Below, piece after piece: positions 48,086-55,655 of a stretch of DNA of 64,000 bases (positions are counted from its first letter, which is position 1; the number at the start of each line of letters is the position of its first letter). The position numbers and the translations under genes are program-made. Below the pieces are notes generated by a model, which saw only the letters and a list, made by a program, of their open reading frames with translations, was not told where the DNA came from and did not search any database. This DNA is from Actinomycetota bacterium (GTDB taxonomy: Bacteria; Actinomycetota; Geothermincolia; Geothermincolales; RBG-13-55-18). The stretch lies in NCBI GenBank assembly GCA_016931915.1, contig JAFGDU010000046.1:410-64409 (forward strand), read 5' to 3'.

Positions 48086-48100
48086 GTTGCCCACCTCCTT

Positions 48101-48135
48101 ATAGTTAACTATTATCTATTTAAATATTAACTATT
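48101..48135. promoter_or_regulatory. Palindromic operator candidates upstream of padR
   Basis: Perfect 12-bp palindrome ATAGTTAACTAT (48101-48112). A related half-site copy AATATTAACTATT lies at 48123-48135. Confidence 0.4.
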
Positions 48136-48280
48136 CGCAGGCGATGTCCTTCTCCACCCGCGATAGCGATTTGAGTATGGTAGCGACGGCGTTTCCTTCA
48201 GGACTTAAAACGGAAGCCACTCGTGCAGGTCCACGAGGGATGGGCTGGTAATTCGTACGCCAGCCATCACGTCTGCGGTA

Positions 48281-48913
48281 CTAAGGATGAGGGACCTCGA
48301 GCCTGCCGTCGGCTATGCTTATAAGGCGGTTCACTATCTCTCCGCAGAGCATGCGCAATTCGAAGGCGTTCAGATAATCGGTCGCCGATATGTCGAACAG
48401 TATGCGGGCATTGGGGGGGAATTCATCATCACCGCGCCAGATAATAAACAGGAGCGGGAGGCGCGGGAAGGTCTTGATCACCATGCCCAGGTCTCCCTGG
48501 TCTACTTCCCTGCCGCCCAGTGCCTCGCAGGCTGCTCTCATGCCCTCGAAGTCATCTCCGAACCTCCGGCACAACCTGTCCTCCACCGTGTCCGCGAAAC
48601 TCTTGGTGTAGAACATGCCGTCCTTCAGCTCGCGGTACGGTACCCACTGATTTGCCAGCGGCGTTGCCCTGGCGTTGGCCATATAAAGCACTGCGAGGAG
48701 CTTGATAACGTAGGTGGCGAGAAATTCCGGAGCCTGGAATTCGAGCTCAGGAAAACTGATGCGGATCTCCCAGCGCATAAATGACAGCCTGAAGACGCCG
48801 TTCTCGTACGGCAAGGCGGACCTCTCGGCTATATCGGCGGGATCGCTCTTTCTAAGTTCTTCGCTGGGTTCCGCAAAGGGGTCCTGTGCTTTGCCCTGCT
48901 CCTCGTCCGTCAT
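48281..48913 (-). CDS. DUF3786-like protein
   Basis: WVPYRELKDG...LLFIIWRGDDEFPPNARILFDISATDYL resembles the DUF3786 pattern as I remember it. Confidence 0.5.
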   Translation of the reverse strand: MTDEEQGKAQDPFAEPSEELRKSDPADIAERSALPYENGVFRLSFMRWEIRISFPELEFQAPEFLATYVIKLLAVLYMANARATPLANQWVPYRELKDGMFYTKSFADTVEDRLCRRFGDDFEGMRAACEALGGREVDQGDLGMVIKTFPRLPLLFIIWRGDDEFPPNARILFDISATDYLNAFELRMLCGEIVNRLISIADGRLEVPHP

Positions 48914-49209
48914 CTACCCCCATCCCTCTTCATGTGTATACCCTCGAAGCCGCCGTAAGCCTGGCGGGAGGAGTGTCGTGCGCTTTCGACGGCGGGAACG
49001 AGGGTGCGCAGGTCCAGATGTTCCTTGCCCGCAATCCTCACATACGGCAAAGGCATCGCCCCCCCGACCATATGCATGCCGCGGTAGACGGGTTTCAAGC
49101 CGTGATTCAATCCATGCGGGTATATTGTCTCGCTAACACAGAGCAGCCTGCCCGCCTGCGCCGTGGTTGCGCACCTGTCGCTCGCGGACGCTGTCGTGGC
49201 CTCCTCCAT
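48910..49209 (-). CDS. Hypothetical 99-aa protein, translationally coupled to DUF3786
   Basis: ATGA stop/start overlap with the DUF3786 gene, and it begins 38 nt after the nrdG stop. No family recognised, so coding status is unproven. Confidence 0.35.
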   Translation of the reverse strand: MEEATTASASDRCATTAQAGRLLCVSETIYPHGLNHGLKPVYRGMHMVGGAMPLPYVRIAGKEHLDLRTLVPAVESARHSSRQAYGGFEGIHMKRDGGR

Positions 49210-49246
49210 AATACCCTCCGTATACGGCCGTCACTGCAATACTGTC

Positions 49247-49966
49247 TCAATGCGACGTAGAGACCAAACCCCTCACCTGCGTAGGAACCCACCGCGAAAG
49301 TGCCTCCGCCCATTCCACCATCGTGTCCTCGGGGTATCCTCGCGCGCCGGTGTAAGCGGGGTCAAGGGTTATATCCGAGCGGAACTGTTGCAGCACCAGC
49401 ATTCTCGCGCCCCCTATCCTCTCCGCAAGGGACTCGAGATCCTCTCGACCTACGAGTCCCGGAACAACCGTGCAGCGGAACTCGTGCTCCAGGCCGCTGC
49501 CGATTATGGTGTCGATCGACTCCCCGATACGCAGCGGGTCCACCGGCCTTCTCACCACATCCGCATACCTGTCGAGTGATGTCTTGAGATCCATGGCCAC
49601 GAACTCGACCGCCCCCTGCGACAAAACCTCCGCCAGCAGCCGCGGCCGCGAGCCGTTGGTGTCCAGTTTCACGGCCATGCCCAGGTCCCTCAGCCCGTCA
49701 CACAGATGCGGCAGGTCATCGTGGATGGTGGGCTCCCCCCCGGTGATCGATACCCCGTCTATCCATCCTCTCCGCTCTTTCAGGTAATGGGCAAGACCGT
49801 CCCAGGTGATGTTGTCCGCGTTCTCTCCCACCTCTATCAGCTCAGGATTATGGCAGTAAGGGCACCTGAAATTACAGCCGGCGAGGAAGAGCACCGAACA
49901 TAGCTTACCCGGCCAATCCAGCATACTCGTGGGCAGGAGAGCCCTCATGTTCTCGAGGCAGGACAT
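49247..49966 (-). CDS. nrdG: Anaerobic ribonucleoside-triphosphate reductase activating protein (radical SAM)
   Basis: LDWPGKLCSVLFLAGCNFRCPYCHNPEL, ITGGEPT, and operon context. Confidence 0.9.
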   Translation of the reverse strand: MSCLENMRALLPTSMLDWPGKLCSVLFLAGCNFRCPYCHNPELIEVGENADNITWDGLAHYLKERRGWIDGVSITGGEPTIHDDLPHLCDGLRDLGMAVKLDTNGSRPRLLAEVLSQGAVEFVAMDLKTSLDRYADVVRRPVDPLRIGESIDTIIGSGLEHEFRCTVVPGLVGREDLESLAERIGGARMLVLQQFRSDITLDPAYTGARGYPEDTMVEWAEALSRWVPTQVRGLVSTSH

Positions 49967-49967
49967 T

Positions 49968-50213
49968 TTAATTCAAGTGATCGGAGATATCCGTGGTAGA
50001 CGGCACGGTACAACGCCAGGCGAAGACCTCGCTCCCACTGTCATCTACCACCACTATCGAAGGCGTGCACAATACGCTGTAATAGGCCGCCTCCGCCAGG
50101 CCGTCCGCCTGCTCGACGTCGTATATCTCCGTCGCGGGGAAACAGCTGGCTACCTCCTTAGCAGCTGGACACTTTTGACAGTCCTGCTTCACGAATACCT
50201 TCAGATGCTGCAC
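49968..50213 (-). CDS. Small thioredoxin/glutaredoxin-fold protein (CxxC)
   Basis: KVFVKQDCQKCPAAKE...TPSIVV matches the redoxin beta-alpha-beta pattern. It lies between nrdD and nrdG and overlaps the nrdD 3' end by 56 nt. Confidence 0.65.
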   Translation of the reverse strand: MQHLKVFVKQDCQKCPAAKEVASCFPATEIYDVEQADGLAEAAYYSVLCTPSIVVVDDSGSEVFAWRCTVPSTTDISDHLN

Positions 50214-52998
50214 GCTCGAAACCCCCTTTCAGTCCCGTCCTTACGCGGCCCTTCAACTCTCCCACTTTCCCCTTGTTCCACGTGGTGACCTTGGAGAAAT
50301 AACCCACGATGCGGGTTATACCGTAGACGTTGCTCGATCCGCAGTTGGGGCACTCCTCGTGCAGGCCGCGACTGGTCGTCCGGCAGTCTTCACATACGGT
50401 GAACTCCGGTGAGAAAGCGATCTGGGACGATTGTGTATTGCGGAAAGTCTTGATGACGAAGTTCTTTATGGACTCTGGATCTGGTTCATGCTCGCCCAGC
50501 CAGACGTGACATATCGCCCCCGCCTCGATGAGGGGGTGGAAGAGACTCTGCTTCTGCACCCTCTCGATATAATCGATATCCGCCTCCACGTTGAGGTGTA
50601 CGCTGTTGGTGTAGTAGAACTCGTCTCTTTCGTCGCTGCCTTTGAGCACCTCCATCGCCTGGGAGGGGTAGTACTTCATATCCAGTTTGGCCAGCCGGTA
50701 ACCGCTGGACTCCGCCGGTGATTCCTCCAGCACCAGGTTGATGCCGTATTGCTGAGAGAGCTTTTTGCACAACAGGTTCATGTTTGCCACCACCTTGAGG
50801 CCGAACTTAAGGGCTTCAGGTGACTCGTGGAGCTCCCTTGAGGTATGGTATTGTACCATCTCGTTAAGGCCGAGGAGCCCTACGAGGTAGGTCAGCCTGT
50901 CCATTCTGAGGTATTTCTCGCCGTCCTTGGCATCGCAGAGTACGGAGAGCGGCCCCCCCACGCCCTGCGCCATAAGGCTGGCGATGAACTCCTTTTTCTG
51001 CAGGTGGGCCTTGGCCACCATCTGCATGGCTTTCTCCAGCTCGTGCAGGAGGACCTCGTCGGAGCCGTTCGCCTTGTATGCGATGCGCGGCAGGTTGATG
51101 GTGATGTTCTGGAGCGCCGTGAACCGCATCTTCTCCGGCGTCATCACCTCCTGCAGGTCCTTCTCGTTCAGTTTTAATTTGAGCCTGCAGCATTGGGATA
51201 CCGTGATCTCGTCCCCGCGGTCGAAGACGAAATAGGTGATCCCCTGCCGCGATGCAACCTTGCATGCGAGGTCCAGGAACTCCTCGTGCCCATCGGTGCG
51301 GAAGAAGTCCTCGTTGATATGGAGCAGGGGCTTGGGAAAGACGAAGGTCTTACCCATGGCGTCTCCCTCCAGGTAGACCTCGAAGAGCGCGGTTAGAAAG
51401 TCCTGGGCTTCCTTCTCGTAATCCTTGTAGGTCTTGCCGGTGTACACCCCTCCGGGCCCGATGGCCGGAGCGTCCCTGAAATGCCGCGGGATATTCCAGT
51501 AGAGGTTGAAGTCTGTGAAGACCACCTGGCTTCCCCTGGCGCCCGCCAGCTGGTTGAACTCGTAGATTAGCATCTGTGCCAGCTGCCCGATGCGCGCGCG
51601 ATCCAACCCCACCATATACGGCGCGAAGAACATGTTTACGGCCTCCCAGCCGATGGCGCCCGCATAGTGAGACTGCAGAGTCGAGGCCATCTTGACCATG
51701 TGGCCGATCAAAACCTCGGGGTGCTTCGCGGGGCGCGAGGTACTGGTGATATTGGGCAGCGAGATACCGTACTTCTTGATGTAATCAAGGCTGTGCCCGC
51801 CGCAGTTATGAGAATAGATGCCGTTGGCGATAAGCGTGCCGCTATCCGTGGTGACGTCGTAGATATATACGTCCAGCACGTCGACTGGCTCCGCCATGAC
51901 CACCTTTACCCGCCGCGCCGAGGGGGAAGATCCCCACTTCCTCCTCTCGCGGCTGCGGCGCATCCGTGCCCCCGACGATGCCTGCGCCGCCTGGGATACG
52001 AGCTCCTGCAGCCTCTGGTGGGCGACGAACACGTCCTCGGCGTTGAATCGCAGCTTGAAGGAGGATGCGTTGGCTTCGAGGAGATGGGTTATGTTAACCT
52101 CCTCCAGGCCACGCATCTTTCCCTCCTCCACTTCGAGGGTCTCGAGTTCCTCTCCCTCGCTGACAAGGGAGGCGGGTTTTATCTCCTCGGCGGTGATCAC
52201 GGGATGATCGTGGGTTACCACGCAGAACTTGCCGTCGGAGGTCGCCAGGAAGATCATCTCCTTCCCCAGGCGGTCTTTCTTCACCACCCTCTTGATGTCC
52301 GTCCAGTTACCCCCGCGGTCGAGCATCTCCATCTCGGCCGGGTACTTCACGCGCACCGTCGGCTCGGGCCTGGTCTCGTCCGGTAGCAGGTGGTAGAGCT
52401 GCTCCATGGTGGTAGTGAAGACAATGTGCGAGCCCTTGACCCTCCAGTGCACGACCGTATCTCCGAGGTAGGAATAGGGGCGGATAATAAAGCCGAGGTC
52501 GTGCAGGTGTATGTCGCCTACCATGTGGGCGCTGGCGATATCGTCGGAAAAGACGTTGCGCAGTGCGAACTCCTTGAGGATGGCTTCCGCCAGGGTCAGG
52601 TTTATCGACTCCGGATTGTGGGTCGTGTTGGAGTTCTCCTTGTTTGCGCTGGTTATGATCTGCTCCACGTCGTACATGGGCAGGCCCACGTGCGAGTGCC
52701 TCTTGTGCATGGTTCCCAGGCCGCGCTCCAGCAGTTCCAGGTCCACGAGTTCTCGGATTATCGAGGTGGTCACGGTGTTCAAGCGCCCCTGTATTATCCT
52801 CTCCTCTACCCTGTCCGCGATCTCCTGCGCCAGGTCCTGGCTGGCATCGGTTTCCAGAACCAGAGAGTTGACGATCTTGCTCTTATCCCAGAGGTTTATC
52901 TCCTCCTTGGACGAGGTGCTCACCAGTAGTGCTATATCGGTGGCGTCTTCCGCCCTCTCCCTCCTTTTCAGGACCCTTATATTGCTGGCAGCAGACAC
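50158..52998 (-). CDS. nrdD: Anaerobic ribonucleoside-triphosphate reductase (class III), intein-containing precursor
   Basis: GDIHLHDLGF, a C-terminal Zn site CEDC...CPNCG and the glycyl-radical motif TRIVGYFS. At 946 aa it carries a 223-aa insertion; without that it is 723 aa. Confidence 0.93.
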   Translation of the reverse strand: MSAASNIRVLKRRERAEDATDIALLVSTSSKEEINLWDKSKIVNSLVLETDASQDLAQEIADRVEERIIQGRLNTVTTSIIRELVDLELLERGLGTMHKRHSHVGLPMYDVEQIITSANKENSNTTHNPESINLTLAEAILKEFALRNVFSDDIASAHMVGDIHLHDLGFIIRPYSYLGDTVVHWRVKGSHIVFTTTMEQLYHLLPDETRPEPTVRVKYPAEMEMLDRGGNWTDIKRVVKKDRLGKEMIFLATSDGKFCVVTHDHPVITAEEIKPASLVSEGEELETLEVEEGKMRGLEEVNITHLLEANASSFKLRFNAEDVFVAHQRLQELVSQAAQASSGARMRRSRERRKWGSSPSARRVKVVMAEPVDVLDVYIYDVTTDSGTLIANGIYSHNCGGHSLDYIKKYGISLPNITSTSRPAKHPEVLIGHMVKMASTLQSHYAGAIGWEAVNMFFAPYMVGLDRARIGQLAQMLIYEFNQLAGARGSQVVFTDFNLYWNIPRHFRDAPAIGPGGVYTGKTYKDYEKEAQDFLTALFEVYLEGDAMGKTFVFPKPLLHINEDFFRTDGHEEFLDLACKVASRQGITYFVFDRGDEITVSQCCRLKLKLNEKDLQEVMTPEKMRFTALQNITINLPRIAYKANGSDEVLLHELEKAMQMVAKAHLQKKEFIASLMAQGVGGPLSVLCDAKDGEKYLRMDRLTYLVGLLGLNEMVQYHTSRELHESPEALKFGLKVVANMNLLCKKLSQQYGINLVLEESPAESSGYRLAKLDMKYYPSQAMEVLKGSDERDEFYYTNSVHLNVEADIDYIERVQKQSLFHPLIEAGAICHVWLGEHEPDPESIKNFVIKTFRNTQSSQIAFSPEFTVCEDCRTTSRGLHEECPNCGSSNVYGITRIVGYFSKVTTWNKGKVGELKGRVRTGLKGGFERAASEGIREAGLSKVSSC
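51805..52473 (-). mobile_element. Mini-intein (223 aa) within NrdD
   Basis: The insertion sits between RPY and CGGHSL. Block A is SYLGDTVV (Ser1) and block B is VVTHDHP. Blocks F/G read VYIYDVTTDSGTLIANGIYSHN, followed by the +1 Cys. Junction codons were checked at nucleotide level. Confidence 0.85.
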
Positions 52999-53027
52999 TT
53001 CTCTCCCCCTCTCTTCAGCGCGACAGC

Positions 53028-53492
53028 CTATACGTCTTCCTTCTTTTCCAGCAACTGCCCCAGCTCGCTCTGGAACTCCGTGATGTCTTTGAAATCCTTG
53101 TAAACCGAGGCGAACCTGAGATAGGCGACTTCGTCTACCTCTTTAAGTTTTCTGAGTACGGCCAGCCCTATCTGGCTTGCGGGTATCTCCGGTTTACCCT
53201 CCGCCCTTAGCTCGGCTTCTATCTCGTAGGCAAGGTTCTCTATCTCCTGGCTGGTCACCGGCCTTTTCTCGAATGCTTTGCGCAGGCCGATCAGAATCTT
53301 CTCCCGTTTGTAGGTCTCTTTGTCTCCGTTCCTCTTTATCACCGCCACCGGAAACTGCTCGAATCTCTCGAAGGTGGTGAACCTCTTCCTGCAGCCTTTG
53401 CATTCCCTTCTACGCCTGATTACCTGCCCGTTTTCCGCACTTCGCGAGTCAATAACTTTGCTGTCCGGGTTTCCGCAAAAGGGGCATTTCAT
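53028..53492 (-). CDS. nrdR: Transcriptional repressor NrdR
   Basis: MKCPFCGNPDSKVIDSR...RRRRECKGCRKRFTTFE zinc ribbon plus an ATP-cone. The ATG at 53492 lies 7 nt after GGGGAGGGG. Confidence 0.95.
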   Translation of the reverse strand: MKCPFCGNPDSKVIDSRSAENGQVIRRRRECKGCRKRFTTFERFEQFPVAVIKRNGDKETYKREKILIGLRKAFEKRPVTSQEIENLAYEIEAELRAEGKPEIPASQIGLAVLRKLKEVDEVAYLRFASVYKDFKDITEFQSELGQLLEKKEDV

Positions 53493-53517
53493 CCTGTATC
53501 CCCTCCCCAAACAGAAA

Positions 53518-53572
53518 TTCCTACATCTTGTGCTTTGTAAGCAATATAAACCACTAAATGTTGCGTTGTCAA
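53518..53572 (-). promoter_or_regulatory. nrd operon promoter with two candidate NrdR boxes
   Basis: On the minus strand: TTGACA (53572-53567), 18 nt, TATATT (53548-53543). ACGCAACATTTAGTGG (53566-53551) matches 12 of 16 positions of acaCwAtATaTwGtgt as I recall it. GCACAAGATGTAGGAA (53533-53518) matches 10 of 16. The box centres are 33 bp apart. Confidence 0.45.
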
Positions 53573-53693
53573 GGGTTTTCCCGAAAATTCTGCCATTTTT
53601 TTACTATCTTTTTACCTTACGGTTACACTCTTAGACTAAGCCTTTAATCAATGTTAACTTCAGGGTTTATTCTTTAAGCCGCCCTTCAGAGAA

Positions 53694-54386
53694 TCACAGG
53701 TAACCCTCCCACAGTGGTATAGAGATCGCCAAAACGACCCTCATCCCGTCTATGCTGGCTAAAGAGAGTTTTGAGCCCATGGGAAGATCGATTAATTGCA
53801 CGGTCTCGACCTGAGATATACCGTTTGCAGGTAAACCTTCACTAGTCGTATACACGGAAAGGTGTTCGATGTAGAGGGTATTATCGTCCTTAACCTTAAT
53901 CCTATATTGAGCCTTATCCCCCCCGATGGTGACATATAGCCTATCGTCCTCGGTGTAAAATCCATCTTCATCCATACCCAGTGCCCGGTTGAGATCCTCG
54001 ATATCGAGGTAGATGTAAGCCTTCAGGCGTGAGATATCCCTTATCTCGAGTTTCCCGGTGAGCAACGAGGTCATTTTTAACTCGACGTCATAGAGGTTAA
54101 CGCGGCCCTCGTAAGGGAGCGGTTCCGCCGCGCCATCCTCCACCATATACTGCAACGTACCATCCCAGCTCAGCTGTAATTCGCCCAGGTGATTCCTGAA
54201 CAGGCTTACCAGGTAGGGAAAGGAGTTTATGCTCACCTCGAGGCTGGGGGGGAGATCGTATTGCGAGCTTAAAGCCCTCTCCATGCCGCGCTGGCTCAAG
54301 AGGGTGATTCCCACCTCCACGGCCAGAAGCAACGCAACGATCACTATGACGCCGAACAGTATCTTCCGCACTATTCTCCTCCTCAT
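53694..54386 (-). CDS. DUF2993 / LmeA-family lipid-binding protein
   Basis: N-terminal TM, then LEVSINSFPYLVSLFRNHLGELQLS, typical of DUF2993. The start may be GTG at 54371, just after AGGAGGAG. Confidence 0.7.
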   Translation of the reverse strand: MRRRIVRKILFGVIVIVALLLAVEVGITLLSQRGMERALSSQYDLPPSLEVSINSFPYLVSLFRNHLGELQLSWDGTLQYMVEDGAAEPLPYEGRVNLYDVELKMTSLLTGKLEIRDISRLKAYIYLDIEDLNRALGMDEDGFYTEDDRLYVTIGGDKAQYRIKVKDDNTLYIEHLSVYTTSEGLPANGISQVETVQLIDLPMGSKLSLASIDGMRVVLAISIPLWEGYL

Positions 54387-54426
54387 CAGCAGTACAATTC
54401 TAGCCTTTGACGGTGACAGTACGGCC

Positions 54427-54626
54427 GGGGGTCAGCCCTCCATTTTCAACGTTGGGGGTCAGGCCTCCACAATTCATTTCATTGCGCAATTCTAAAGGGC
54501 AGACGTGAGCTTTGATGAATTAGGTGGATTGACACGAACCTTCTAAAATTACACATAATCGTCTATGCGTATGGTCGGACGATTTCTTTGCTTGATTATG
54601 TGGAATGTGGAGGGACTGACCCCTTA
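54427..54626. repeat. Three copies of a 16-17-nt motif (two direct, one inverted) in the gpsA-lmeA spacer
   Basis: GGGGGTCAGCCCTCCA (54427-54442) and GGGGGTCAGGCCTCCA (54454-54469). The reverse complement of 54607-54625 is AGGGGTCAGTCCCTCCAC, which abuts the gpsA stop codon. Confidence 0.7.
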
Positions 54627-55655
54627 CTTCAGGAGGAAGTCGCGGTAGAGGGTCTCCTCCGTCTCCCCCTTCAGGCGGCGGGTCATGAGCTTCTCGAGCA
54701 TGTCCGCAGGCGATGCCTTTTCGTCCAGGACTGCGTTAACGCCCATGGCTATGGGGACCTCGACCCCTATCTCGTTCGCCATGGCTATCACCGCTCGCGT
54801 TGCGAACACGCCCTCTACGACCATCCTGGATTCCTCGAGCAATGCCGCGGGTGAACCTCCCGCACCCAACTTCTCGCCATAGCCCCGGTTGCGAGAATGC
54901 CTGCTGATGCAGGTTACTATGAGGTCCCCGATACCGCTCAGTCCGGAGAACGTTATGGGGTTCGCTCCCAGAGCGCTGCCGAAACGTGCCATCTCTGCCA
55001 GGCCGCGGGTTATAAGGGTCGCCTTGGTGTTGTCCCCCAGTCCCAATCCGTCCAGCATGCCCGCCGCAAGTGCGATTACGTTCTTGTAGGCTCCTCCAAC
55101 CTCTACCCCCACAACGTCCGTGTTGGTATAGACACGGAAGTAGGGAGAGCTGAAGGAAGCCTGCAAGGAGCGGGATAGTCCGGGATCCACGGACGCTATG
55201 ACGGTGGCGCTTGGTACCTTCCTCGCCACCTCCTCGGCATGATTGGGGCCGGAGAGCACTGCCACCCCGGCGCCCGCTTCCCGCCCCAATTCCTCCGCTA
55301 TCGTTTCCGAGAGGCGTCTGTTGGTACGGTAGTCAAAGCCCTTGGCCAGGTTCAGCACCACCGCTTTTCGTGGTATCGAGACCGCGACATCGTGCGCCAC
55401 TTCCCGGGTCCAGCGCGAGGGGACTGCCATCACCACTACCTGCGTTCCCCCCAGGGCCTGCGAGAGCTCTGCGAATGCTTCCATGCCGGTTGGAAGCTCT
55501 ATATCGCTTAAAAAGAGGGGGTTCCTTCTCTCTACGTTTATCCCGCTGACCACCTCCGGCTCCCTCGCCCATATGCCGACCTGGTGACCGGAAAGAGCCA
55601 GGTGGGCGGCCATCGCCGTGCCCCAGCTTCCCGCACCGACCACGCCGATCTTCAT
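54624..55655 (-). CDS. gpsA: NAD(P)H-dependent glycerol-3-phosphate dehydrogenase
   Basis: MKIGVVGAGSWGTAMA..., and the GYGEKLG region. ATGA overlap with the plsY stop. The upstream part of the 559-aa ORF is rejected. Confidence 0.93.
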   Translation of the reverse strand: MKIGVVGAGSWGTAMAAHLALSGHQVGIWAREPEVVSGINVERRNPLFLSDIELPTGMEAFAELSQALGGTQVVVMAVPSRWTREVAHDVAVSIPRKAVVLNLAKGFDYRTNRRLSETIAEELGREAGAGVAVLSGPNHAEEVARKVPSATVIASVDPGLSRSLQASFSSPYFRVYTNTDVVGVEVGGAYKNVIALAAGMLDGLGLGDNTKATLITRGLAEMARFGSALGANPITFSGLSGIGDLIVTCISRHSRNRGYGEKLGAGGSPAALLEESRMVVEGVFATRAVIAMANEIGVEVPIAMGVNAVLDEKASPADMLEKLMTRRLKGETEETLYRDFLLK

